Part shown: positions 38,544-48,700 of the stretch, piece by piece
Numbering within the stretch: the stretch's first letter is position 1
Layout of the letters: each line of letters starts with the position of its first letter
IMG/VR virus record: IMGVR_UViG_3300033153_009458
Span: 64,001 to 128,000 of that record
Strand: one strand, 5' to 3'
Origin: a virus
Length of the DNA: 64,000 nucleotides
Notes under the pieces: generated by a model
Databases searched by the model: none
What the model was told of the DNA's origin: nothing
Seen by the model: only the letters and a program-made list of their open reading frames with translations
Translations under genes and position numbers: made by a program

Positions 38544-39468
38544 ATGTGGGTTGATATTGATAGTCACAAATCTTTGGCTTCGCTAAAAAAAGGTGACAAA
38601 ATTAGATACGCTATGCACAACGATGACGATTTCAGCAAATTTATAATTTCTGAAGTTGAGGATTTAGGAAATAATGCGTATCGACTGTACTTGAAAAAAA
38701 GCATAATCTCAATAGACGTTGAATATCTCTTGATTAATAAACCAACAGGTTACAGTATACCGAAAGATGGTTCGTACAGATTATTTTTGCACAAAAAAAT
38801 ATAACGGTTAAAACCATGACCACTACTTTCATTGGCGAAAATTTCAATCACGAATACGATGCGGTTGAAATAGCCGCAAAAATTCGAAAAGAGATCTGGA
38901 GAAAGGTTGGTATATCGGAATTGCCGGATTACAAATACACCGTCCGCACGAAACGAAAAACGGATATGTACGAAAACGGCTTAAGAAAAGGTGATGAATA
39001 TTTTAACTACGAATGGTCGGATCATATCTTTGTTTATATCCGTGATTCCGGCGATCTCGATCTGTACAAATACCGTGATGAAGATGTTGACGGTGATTAC
39101 ACCGATCACGCAAAAAATGTTTTAAAAGAAATTATGAAAATCATGAAGAGTTACAATTACCGAGCTGTTAAAGGTACAAAAGTGTTCACCCGGTTTGAAA
39201 TGGTTACAGGTATTTCAGCTGTATGGATCAGAAATTTCGCAAAGCATACGAGTTAAAAATGCCACCACCCGGAAAACTTGAAGGTTATGTTAATGTAAAT
39301 TGTAAACAATACGATAGCCGTGTTGGTTTGTGCAATAAGAAAGACAAAAAATTTGGTGTTTTTAGAAGAGGATGTGAAGAATTAAAACCTACTAAGACTT
39401 GTGATATAGCTGAACGATATCCAAGACCTAAGATTTATTCGTCAAATCACGTACTGAAGAGTTTTTAA
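38544..39468 (+). CDS. Three early hypothetical proteins (38544-38804; 38816-39256, a distant paralog of 38004; 39259-39468 Cys-rich)
   Basis: 38816 has EIAAKIRKEI..YKYTVRT..IMKSYNY, parallel to 38004. Confidence 0.6.
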
Positions 39469-39573
39469 ATCATAATATAAAACCCTGCCAAACCGAAGAG
39501 GTACAGAAATGTAAAATTGGAAGCTGAAGAGCTAATAATACCTATAAAAAATATAATCTAAGAAAAGAATAAA

Positions 39574-39602
39574 AAAAAGCCGCTAAGTGTTAGCGGCTTT
39601 TT
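39574..39602. terminator. Bidirectional intrinsic terminator
   Basis: AAAAAGCCGCTAA-GTG-TTAGCGGCTTTTT between convergent early genes and gene 23. Confidence 0.9.
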
Positions 39603-39622
39603 CTGTTAGGTATTACTTAACC

Positions 39623-41212
39623 TTATGCAAGCTGAGAATTACTGAAATCCAGTGTCATAAGTGTATAGTAATTAGAAGTTCCCCACAAGTTATGCATAAT
39701 TGCACTTCTTGTCATAGCACCGATTACCGGTTGGAAGTTCTTTTCATGTACTGTTTTTTGCAACATAACAGGTACGTATGGGCAATAAACCAGACCTGTA
39801 TCGAATGCGCTCGGTCCTTTATACCCGATTAAGGCATAATCTTTGTTAGGAGCACTAGCCGGTGCAAGTGATTCAAACAGTGTATCAACATAAACTTTAA
39901 AACGTCCGTCGAGTGTTCCAACGAAAGTAAAAGTTCCTAATTGTCCGATATCATTTCCTACATTACTGTAAGTAAAGTTATTCAGACATTCCAGAGCTGT
40001 CAAGGCATTAGTAGTAACAACGATAAAGTTACCAGCACCTTTTCTAGTTCTACGTGCAATTTGATTAGCTTCTTTTACAAGCCGTGTATACATACTTCTA
40101 AATTTCATAATCTCATCACGTCCATCAGCGGCACCAGTAACATTTAATTGTTCTAAAGCAGCACTAGGTTTCAGACCAGCGGCACCTTGATTACCAAATA
40201 CCCATGCTCCACCATTGTAAGCATTTGCTCGCATAGTATCGATCAACTCACGGTCGATTTCAGCTGCAATTTCTGTTTGGATTGTGTTCATAAGTTCCGC
40301 TTCAGCGTCTAAATTATGAACGGCTTTTAAATCTTGAGCCATTTCGATTGAATATTCTGCTTTCAATTTTCGAGTCCTTGCAGTAACAGTTGCCTGTTCC
40401 AAGGTACCTTTGATTGTCGGAATATCGTCATCAGTATAACCTAATGCTTCACCTTGAGCTGTACTGTAACCATTAGCGTTTCCACCACCAGCAAAGCGTG
40501 TCAGAACCATGTTGTACAGTTGCTCGTTGTTTATAATACTGTCGTATTGAGCGGCTGTAGAAGAACCAGCTGGCCAGAAGTCAGTTGAAGCGGCGAAAGG
40601 CCGTACAGGTGTTCCATCAGAATCTTGAATGTACTCAATTAATACTTTTGAGAATCCATTTGATTGCTCAATATAACGAACATAACCGTGATCCGCACCA
40701 GATACTTGAAGTGAACCAGCACCAGTTACATCATAAATTACTGAACCTTTAGTTGAAGCTTCATTTGCTGCTACTTCAGTATGAAAACTCGAATAAGTTG
40801 TATCATTTACTAAAATAATAACTGAAGTAAATTCAACAACGTTTGCACTATCGCCACGATCAAGCGGTTTAGTCAAAGCATTTGTAACTTCGTTATCATT
40901 AGCACCAGCGTATCCAACTCTCCAAGCAAAAGCTTGTCCAGTAGGTCCAAGCAAAGGCTGAACACCTACTAATTGGTTAGCTAGTAAATTTGGTGCAATC
41001 CGTCTGGATACAGGCATGATGATTGGTCGGAAAATCCCCAAATCAGCTGTTCCAGTTCCATTATCCTCAGTCAACCAATTTTTAGTATTTTCGAGAATCA
41101 TGGCCATATTTTTTCTTGAACTTTTGTCAACAATCGGCTTAACAAATGGCCCTTCGGCATCTAATGTTTTTCCCCAATTTTCAACTAAAAGTTTTTCTTC
41201 TTGTTTATCCAT
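39623..41212 (-). CDS. 23: Major capsid protein (gp23-like)
   Basis: VGVQPLLGPTGQAFA, ARTRKLKAEYSIEMAQDLKAVH, GAGNF, GYKG..FDTGLVYCPYVP, FQPVIG. Confidence 0.97.
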   Translation of the reverse strand: MDKQEEKLLVENWGKTLDAEGPFVKPIVDKSSRKNMAMILENTKNWLTEDNGTGTADLGIFRPIIMPVSRRIAPNLLANQLVGVQPLLGPTGQAFAWRVGYAGANDNEVTNALTKPLDRGDSANVVEFTSVIILVNDTTYSSFHTEVAANEASTKGSVIYDVTGAGSLQVSGADHGYVRYIEQSNGFSKVLIEYIQDSDGTPVRPFAASTDFWPAGSSTAAQYDSIINNEQLYNMVLTRFAGGGNANGYSTAQGEALGYTDDDIPTIKGTLEQATVTARTRKLKAEYSIEMAQDLKAVHNLDAEAELMNTIQTEIAAEIDRELIDTMRANAYNGGAWVFGNQGAAGLKPSAALEQLNVTGAADGRDEIMKFRSMYTRLVKEANQIARRTRKGAGNFIVVTTNALTALECLNNFTYSNVGNDIGQLGTFTFVGTLDGRFKVYVDTLFESLAPASAPNKDYALIGYKGPSAFDTGLVYCPYVPVMLQKTVHEKNFQPVIGAMTRSAIMHNLWGTSNYYTLMTLDFSNSQLA

Positions 41213-41226
41213 AATCTATAACTCCT

Positions 41227-41949
41227 TTAGTTTTGTAGATAACTTAAAATTTCGTCTTGGTCATCTTTAGATGCACTTGCAGACTCTTCTAAATTTTTGT
41301 CTTGTTGTTCTTCAAGCTCTTTATCTTTTAGATCGTCGGCATTATCGTCATCGTCACCAGAACTATTAATAGTTTCTTTAAGTGTTTGTAATTTTGCTTC
41401 GAAAGTCTCTTCACCTTCGAATGACAATCCCTCTGCTAAATCTTCAAACTTTTTACGTTGAGAATCAATTTGAATCGACTCACCTTTTTTCTCAATCAGT
41501 TTTGTGATTTGCATTTCCTTAAGTTTTTCTTCCAATTCAATTTTTGCATTAACAGCATCGTTTAATTGTTCTTTTAAAGTATCAGATTGTAGTTCATCAC
41601 CTACGGCATCCTCAGAAAGGACCATATTGAACTCTGAAACCAAAGATTTAAAATGTTCTAAAACTTTTTCAGCTGTTTTAACTTTCACAGATTCGTTGAT
41701 CTGTTCAGTATTTTTTTCAACAAATTCGGAAGTAAACTCATTCAGGTAATTGTCTAATTGTGTTTCTAAGAATTGTTTGTATTCTTTCAATTCTTGTGCG
41801 TTCTCATCGGCTAATTCCTCTTTGAGTTTGTCTCTTTCATCAGAAAGTTTAGTCTCCATAATAACTGCCATTTTTTCGACTACTTCTTCTGTGAAAACCT
41901 TCTCATCGAGTTTTAAGCTTTTAATGAGATCTTTAAACTCTTTATCCAT
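41227..41949 (-). CDS. 22: Prohead core scaffold (gp22-like)
   Basis: Acidic coiled coil between 21 and 23; LDNYL, KFEDLAEGLSF. Confidence 0.85.
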   Translation of the reverse strand: MDKEFKDLIKSLKLDEKVFTEEVVEKMAVIMETKLSDERDKLKEELADENAQELKEYKQFLETQLDNYLNEFTSEFVEKNTEQINESVKVKTAEKVLEHFKSLVSEFNMVLSEDAVGDELQSDTLKEQLNDAVNAKIELEEKLKEMQITKLIEKKGESIQIDSQRKKFEDLAEGLSFEGEETFEAKLQTLKETINSSGDDDDNADDLKDKELEEQQDKNLEESASASKDDQDEILSYLQN

Positions 41950-41995
41950 ATCTTAACTCCTAAAATGAATTTAGTATCTTTAATTTAATTTTTGT

Positions 41996-42670
41996 TTACT
42001 CATTATCACGTCGATTTTTCCACGTAGTATTCAAAATCTTTTCGAATACATCCAGTAAAACCTCGTCTTTTGTCCGGCCTTTAAAATTGGCCAAATCGTC
42101 TTGTAGTTCTTCTAGTTGTTTTTCAACTAGTAATCCGTTTTCTAGAACCCATTCTGTTTTTGTTTCCATGATGTTATCAACCATACATCCTGTGGCTGAA
42201 GGTTCCCAAACAACATCATTGCATACGTATCGGTAATCGTTTTGTACAACACCTTCTTTGAGTGTACCAGTACCCCTTGTGGATACTCCAAAAGTGAAAC
42301 CGTCATCGATCAATCCTCTTAAAACTAGTCCTTTTCCCATTGATGTTATATTTGCTTCACCTATCACTGTGTGTTTATCCTTCCAGAAAAGTTTTTCAAT
42401 TTTTATGGCTATATTTTCCATATTAATTTCCATACTTTGTGGATGATTTAATTCACCAGCGGCTCGATTAGCTTTAATTAAAGCTTGATATTTTTCTACC
42501 TGTGGTTCAACCACTTGCCTAGGGTAAACTCTGTTATTTCTGTTTTTGATATCACACTCGATAAATGGACCTTTAATTTTATACTGTTTGTCTTTACCTT
42601 CACCAATAACGGGATTCTCGACAAGTCCGAAATCTATCTCTTCAATCAACAATTGAGGATCTGATTGCAT
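41996..42670 (-). CDS. 21: Prohead protease (gp21-like)
   Basis: KNRNNRVYP, GELNHP, GVSTRGTG, DVVWEPS. Confidence 0.95.
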   Translation of the reverse strand: MQSDPQLLIEEIDFGLVENPVIGEGKDKQYKIKGPFIECDIKNRNNRVYPRQVVEPQVEKYQALIKANRAAGELNHPQSMEINMENIAIKIEKLFWKDKHTVIGEANITSMGKGLVLRGLIDDGFTFGVSTRGTGTLKEGVVQNDYRYVCNDVVWEPSATGCMVDNIMETKTEWVLENGLLVEKQLEELQDDLANFKGRTKDEVLLDVFEKILNTTWKNRRDNE

Positions 42671-42703
42671 TTTTTACCTATTTAAATTACTTTAAGATTT
42701 TCG

Positions 42704-43030
42704 TTATTCTTTATCTTTCTTATCTTTACCGAACAAAGGCTTTTTATTGTCTTTACCTTTATCTTCATCGTCTTTATCATCACCCGAATCATCACCATCG
42801 GCGTCTTTTTCTTCTGGTTTAGCATCACCATCGGCGTCTTTTTTGTCATCGTCGCCTTCATCGTCTTCTTCCTTGACTTTCTTTTCGGCAAAAAGTTCAT
42901 CTTCGTAATGCTTAATTTTATCGCCTATTGCATCTTCAAACTTTTCTTCCATAGCATTTGCAATAAATTCTTTAAATGATACGTAGTCTTTTTTTGATGC
43001 ACCTAAAATCATTTGTTTGATCTCATCCAT
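42704..43030 (-). CDS. Prohead core protein (gp67-like) with acidic tail
   Basis: Position between 20 and 21; helical N-terminus, D/K-rich tail with KDADGD repeat. Confidence 0.65.
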   Translation of the reverse strand: MDEIKQMILGASKKDYVSFKEFIANAMEEKFEDAIGDKIKHYEDELFAEKKVKEEDDEGDDDKKDADGDAKPEEKDADGDDSGDDKDDEDKGKDNKKPLFGKDKKDKE

Positions 43031-43042
43031 AACACACTCTTA

Positions 43043-43225
43043 TTAAGGTTGTTTACTTTTCTCTGTTTTATTTATGTCTAAACGCTTTTTTATGTCTTTT
43101 TCAATTTCCAAATAGTGATTCCAAGCTATTTTTTCAATTAATTTCGACTTAGCTGATTCTTCAAAAGCCAAATAATCATTCTCTGACAGGATATCTATCA
43201 AAGATTTCTTTGATTTTTCATTCAT
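43043..43225 (-). CDS. Small prohead-core-like protein
   Basis: ENDYLAFEE parallels KKDYVSFKE of the neighbour; late promoter TATAAATA at 43251-43258. Confidence 0.5.
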   Translation of the reverse strand: MNEKSKKSLIDILSENDYLAFEESAKSKLIEKIAWNHYLEIEKDIKKRLDINKTEKSKQP

Positions 43226-43283
43226 AAAAGCGTTTGAATAGTATTAGTATTATTTATAAAGGTAGTTCATTTTTTGGTTTTTA

Positions 43284-44828
43284 TTAAAATCCACCTTCTT
43301 CTTTCGGTTCAGCGTCTTTTTCTGCTTGAATCTGTACAGACATTTTATTCATTTCTTCTTCGGTGAATCCTAAAATTTCAGATGCAATATATTGTTTACT
43401 GATCAGTCCACCCTCTTGATACAGTCGGAATGCAGAATCAGCAATATTAAATATCCCTTCTAAATTTTGAAGTTTCTTTAATCGTGCATAATCGTTATTA
43501 TTTTTGAATTTGTATTTGATTAAATCTTCAATATCATTCCAATCATTTAGAGCAAATACTTTAGTAATAATCAGTTCTTTTTTAAGTAAATCAGTAAAAA
43601 GAACCATGAATCTTTTTCTTAAATTCAAAATAAATTTAAAAAATTTAATTTCTTCGTTTTCAATTTCTATATTCTGAATATTAAGTGAATTTCCACGAGA
43701 TTCAGGATCACGTCTTGATACCGGAACGTTTAATGCTCGCCAAAGTTTTCGCCACATATAATCTAAATCAGCAATTTCTCCAACATCCATACCAGATCCT
43801 TCTAATCGTTCAACTTTAGTACCCCGGCCTTCAGAGTTTACAGCAAACCACATATCCTCTTGCATAGGAATTGATTTTTTACGATTTTCAACTTCACCGG
43901 TTGCTGTATTGTACGTTATCTTATTTCTAAAACGAGTCATTAGTTGTTTAATGTACTGTTCCGCTTTAGTTTTAGTCATCCGACCAGTGTCAACGTATAT
44001 TGCGTTTCTTGATGGTGAACGGGTCCACCTATAAATGATTAAAGATTCTTCAATCATATTTAAATCATTGACAACTTTAGCCGCTTTCTGTAAATTACTA
44101 ATAGAGAATAATCTGTCTTTTGAATAGATACCTGAATCAATATAAGCGATTTGTTCTGGTATATATTTGACTTTTGCCTTTTGGTAAAGACTAGTGAACG
44201 TACTTTGTGTAAAAGCCTGTCCATCCTGTTGGACTAATTGAGTATCCAGAAAATATCTTTTTTGCTTTGTTTCTGGATCAATTACACCGTAAAATCCTTT
44301 TGGTGGTAAGACTTCTAGATTTCTGATTCCTAATTTTGGTTGTGCGTTGTTGTATATAACTTCGAATGCTAGTGAACCGTCCACATACCAACGTTTGAAA
44401 AGATCTTCACCTTTAATTTTGAACTTCATCAGATTGTAAACTTTTTCAAAAGCTTCTTCTAATGATTTTTTCAATGTTTCGTTCATTTCGATATCTTCAA
44501 TATCTAATTCGAACGGTCTATCACCTGTTTCATCAAAAACAAATACTTCGTTGATAATTTCACCTAATGCATCGTCAACTTCGGGTGAGTACGTTAAATG
44601 CCGCCACTGATCAATCAATCGACTTTTTTCGGATACAATAAGAGCTATATCGAATCCGTACGAAAAGCTTTGATTGAGATTGGATGTTACAATTCCATCT
44701 TCGGTTGTAATTTCAGCCGGTGTGCTCGTTGAAAGCTTTTTATCATCGTTTGCAAGAATCTTGGCTTCACGCTCAGAGTAAAAAGATTTTTTTAACTCTT
44801 CTTTGAGTACATCTACTAATTTAGTCAT
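43284..44828 (-). CDS. 20: Portal protein (gp20-like)
   Basis: PEVDDALGEIINE, FKRWYVDG, IYRWTRSPSR..YVDTG, KAEQY, RGTKV, ALNVPVSR; late promoter at 44846-44853. Confidence 0.96.
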   Translation of the reverse strand: MTKLVDVLKEELKKSFYSEREAKILANDDKKLSTSTPAEITTEDGIVTSNLNQSFSYGFDIALIVSEKSRLIDQWRHLTYSPEVDDALGEIINEVFVFDETGDRPFELDIEDIEMNETLKKSLEEAFEKVYNLMKFKIKGEDLFKRWYVDGSLAFEVIYNNAQPKLGIRNLEVLPPKGFYGVIDPETKQKRYFLDTQLVQQDGQAFTQSTFTSLYQKAKVKYIPEQIAYIDSGIYSKDRLFSISNLQKAAKVVNDLNMIEESLIIYRWTRSPSRNAIYVDTGRMTKTKAEQYIKQLMTRFRNKITYNTATGEVENRKKSIPMQEDMWFAVNSEGRGTKVERLEGSGMDVGEIADLDYMWRKLWRALNVPVSRRDPESRGNSLNIQNIEIENEEIKFFKFILNLRKRFMVLFTDLLKKELIITKVFALNDWNDIEDLIKYKFKNNNDYARLKKLQNLEGIFNIADSAFRLYQEGGLISKQYIASEILGFTEEEMNKMSVQIQAEKDAEPKEEGGF

Positions 44829-44864
44829 AAGTTGCCATTTTTAATTATTTATACTTTCGTTTAA

Positions 44865-45275
44865 TTACGTACCCGGTCCACCCTTAACTTTCGCAGCTCG
44901 CCACTTGATTGCAAGTGTGTATGAACTTATATCTTGTCTTGATATTAGTTTGGCTGATGAAAATCTTTTCTTGATATATTGTCGAATCATGCGGTCAGCC
45001 AATTTTTTCGCATGTCCCATTTGTTGAATGAGTTTCCAAGTCCACCGAACAAAGATTCTTGGATTTTTTATTCGTTTTGATGCTCGGTCTAGATACCCAA
45101 CAAATCGAACTCTATCTTTTAGTGGTATCCAGTGTAAATTTAGAGCGAAAAGATGGCGGTTAGTCACACTTAAAACATATATTAAAGGTTTTTTATCCCA
45201 AATTGGAAGAATTTCTTTATATTTAGCTGAATATCGTCCATAATATACATAACCTCTTTCAAAATTAATTGTCAT
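44865..45275 (-). CDS. 2: DNA end protector (gp2-like, short)
   Basis: YSAKYKEILPIWDKKPL, ALNLHWIP. Confidence 0.75.
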   Translation of the reverse strand: MTINFERGYVYYGRYSAKYKEILPIWDKKPLIYVLSVTNRHLFALNLHWIPLKDRVRFVGYLDRASKRIKNPRIFVRWTWKLIQQMGHAKKLADRMIRQYIKKRFSSAKLISRQDISSYTLAIKWRAAKVKGGPGT

Positions 45276-45747
45276 TTAGTCTCTTAAATTTATATTTTTT
45301 TCTAACATAGTAATTTCGTTGTATCGATTCTGGTATTGTTGAATACCTTACTCCAATATATTTAGAAGCATCAAACATTGTATCAAATTTCATTAAAAGA
45401 ATTCCTTTTCGATCATACATAGCAACTGGTGTACATAAATTTCTTTTTTTTCTTGTTTCTTTAATTTTTTGTTTTGATTCTATTGTATGATTCTTATTAT
45501 ACATTGGATGATTTTCTTTATTTCTAAATCTTTTTTTAGCTGATAATTGGGCATTAAGCCTTACAATTTCTTCTTTACCTATTAATCCAGTTAATCCTTG
45601 CCAAGCAAATTTATCTTGATATCTTCCATATTCTTCGTACATAAATTTATGAACAGCTGCATGGCCGGGTATTGTAAGTTTAACTAAATTAGATTCATCA
45701 TCAGACCCGCCTAATGATTTTGGAATAATGTGATGTTTGTGTTTCAT
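45265..45747 (-). mobile_element. HNH homing endonuclease with NUMOD3/NUMOD1-like C-terminus
   Basis: KHKHHIIPKSLGG; HPMYNKNHTIESK; VAMYDRKG..F..M.DAS. Confidence 0.85.
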
Positions 45748-45755
45748 AATTTATA

Positions 45756-48700
45756 TTAACCTACGTATTTTTGAATCAACATTTGTAATTGACTTAATTT
45801 TCCTTCTGGATCTGTATGTAAAAATTCGTATAGATTAGTGATATCGATCACATCATTCAAGTCTGAATCGTTGTGAAACATCAGAACTGGTCCCTTTTGT
45901 GAATATTCGATATGCACGTTTGGTACGTTCTCTAATTTTTTGTTGAACTCTTCAAATTCGATTAACTCTCCTTTGTACGGTATTTGACCCGCCCGGAATA
46001 CAAACGATATACAATCTATATTTTCTTCTTTTCTTTTTTCCATTAGATAATCACTGAATGAAGCTAATCGATTATGGTATTCTTGTTGCGCTACATTAAC
46101 ACCATGCTTTTTAGCTAATTTTAACATTTCTGTCTTTTTGGTTAATCTAACTTTATGTACTTTTTTAATATCTAGTTGTGCTCTAGGATCAAATACAACC
46201 CATTCAGGTGAACGAATGCTATCTTTACCAGTTCCAGCCTCTTTAGAATCTCTACCTTTCTCACCAAGATAAGCTTCCATCTCAAAAATGTATCCTATAT
46301 TTCCTTGTCTTCTAGTGCCAGCACTCGCAAATGATCCAGTTCCTCTTAGATATTGTGCGCACTTGTCAAGTATATTTGAAAAATAAATACCATTTCCCAT
46401 CATTCGACCATTAACATTCATAATAGCACGATCTACAATAGCGAATCCGAACCTCAAAATGAATGAAGCGGCTACTGGATCTGTACCATGAAAAGCTGGT
46501 ACAATTGTCGGTGTTGGATACTGAGCTTTAAATATTTCGTGCTCTTTGTGTTTAAAAGTCACATTAAAAGAATCTATAATTTCAACACCTACGTTTCCAT
46601 GTGTAAATTTAGGTGAATAGTGAACAGAAAGATTGGCAGTAGCTTGTTCTTTTTCGAGATCTGTCATGACAATTTCTTCAGCTTGCAAAGGTGGAATAGT
46701 ATCGTCTCCATGAACTTCTTTTAATTTGGCAACAAATCTTTTTACAAATTCTTTTGTTGTTTCATCTTTCTTTAATCGCATTCGTGTTTCTTTAGTATTC
46801 GATACCTGAAAATTATTAATTGATAAAATTTGTTTCAATTTTTCAGGTTTCATTCTCTCTAACGGTGCAATTTTCGAATCATATAAACTTGTTTTTGATA
46901 ACACTTCAGTAAAAAAAGCTTCATCGATCATCTTCTTTCTTTTTTCGTAGTAGTAATTCGCATTCATCGGTCGAATTGTATCTAATTGATCTGAAAATGC
47001 ATCTTCATCATCTAAGTACAATTTATCCAGATATTTACTATAATATATACTTTCTTTGAAAAAATACGTATCTAATTTAGATATATGTTTTGCTATCTCT
47101 TTGTGTATTTCTTTAAAAAATTCAGAATAATCTCTTGTTTTTTTCTTTTTTTCATCTCGGCGTTTTTTCTGATCATTAATTTGTAAGAATAATTTTGTTA
47201 ATGTGTTTACTTGTGCCGAATCAAATCGTTCTGTTTTGATTTCTGATATCCAATCTGCTTGAAATAATTTAAATTCGTGATCGCTTAATTTTTCTAAAAA
47301 AGCAAGTGTAGTATCTTTTATTCCATTTACTCTCATACTGTTAATAAATAATTCTCTTCCTTTATATAAAGTATAATTTTTTACTTGGATGAAATTTTTC
47401 TCATCAATTTGACCTTTATCTAAAAAATCTGTTACGGTTGAACTTTCATCTTGAGTTAACCATATAGAAGCATTGTGTATGTTTTCAGGCTTGTCAGTGA
47501 GAAGATCACTAATTTGATCATTAAAATGTTCTGAAAAATATCCACTTAATATTGCAACTTCATCTCTTGATAAATTTTGAAATGTATCACTTTTATCAAA
47601 ATCAACTGATTCTTGATTTGCTCGTATACTGTATAAATCTGCCCATGCATAAAAACTATCTTTGTCAATATCAAGATACCAATATTTCATTCCACCACCA
47701 TATCGACTTGGTTTTGATTTTAGTAAGCGGCTCATTCTTTCAACAATAGGAATTATACCCCTTAATATATTTAGAAAGTCGCTAAATCTCCATGACGGTG
47801 TTCTCGAAGTTGCTTCATAATTTAAAATTCTTTGAAAATACGATTCTGGGTATTGGCGCATTTGTTCAGCTATTAAATTTTTTAAAGCTGTTTTTCCTTC
47901 TGGTTCAAATGGAGAATAGAAAAAATCATCTAGAAAATTATTACCAGATAATTGTAAATACAGATTTAAAAATTTTAGTCCGTAGACTTCATATAACCAC
48001 TTAATAATTGGTATTTCTTTATTATAAAGCCGACTTACATTTAGTCTTTTTTCGTCTTCTTCGCTGATATCTTCTAGGTGATTCGTTATATTGAAAAAAT
48101 TAAGTACATTTATATTTCCATTACCGTCTTTATCAACCCCGTACATAGTAAAAGGTATTCCTTGACCTTTTAGAATATCTAATTGACCAGCTTTTTTATA
48201 AAAATGGTATACATCACCACCGTTATCAATTATTGTTTGGTATCCTTTAATAGTTGTAACATCAAGCAAATTGATATTTGCAAAATACGCCTGATCTTGC
48301 ATAACTTCTCTTAAATATCTGAAGTATAATTGGTCTGGTTTGACATCATCATCAGTGATTCCCATGTGCAATAATTTTAGGGTTTCTTCTACTCTTACAC
48401 GATGTACGGCATAAGCATTACTGGCACCCATTTTAACAACTTTATCAATAAAACTCGGCATTGCCTTTTTTACAGCATTTACTTCATCAGGAAAATTTAT
48501 TGAACTTGATTCGCTCATATAATTGAAAATGAACCACGATAATAATTCTCTATCACTTAAACCCCATACTCGGTTAAGATCAACTAAATTTAATACTTGA
48601 CCTATTTTAACGTATTGATGATGGTCATCAATAAAGACTTTCATCATCATTGGTTTATCTGCTCTTAAAATACGTTGAATAGCTTCAAGATTTTGCATAT

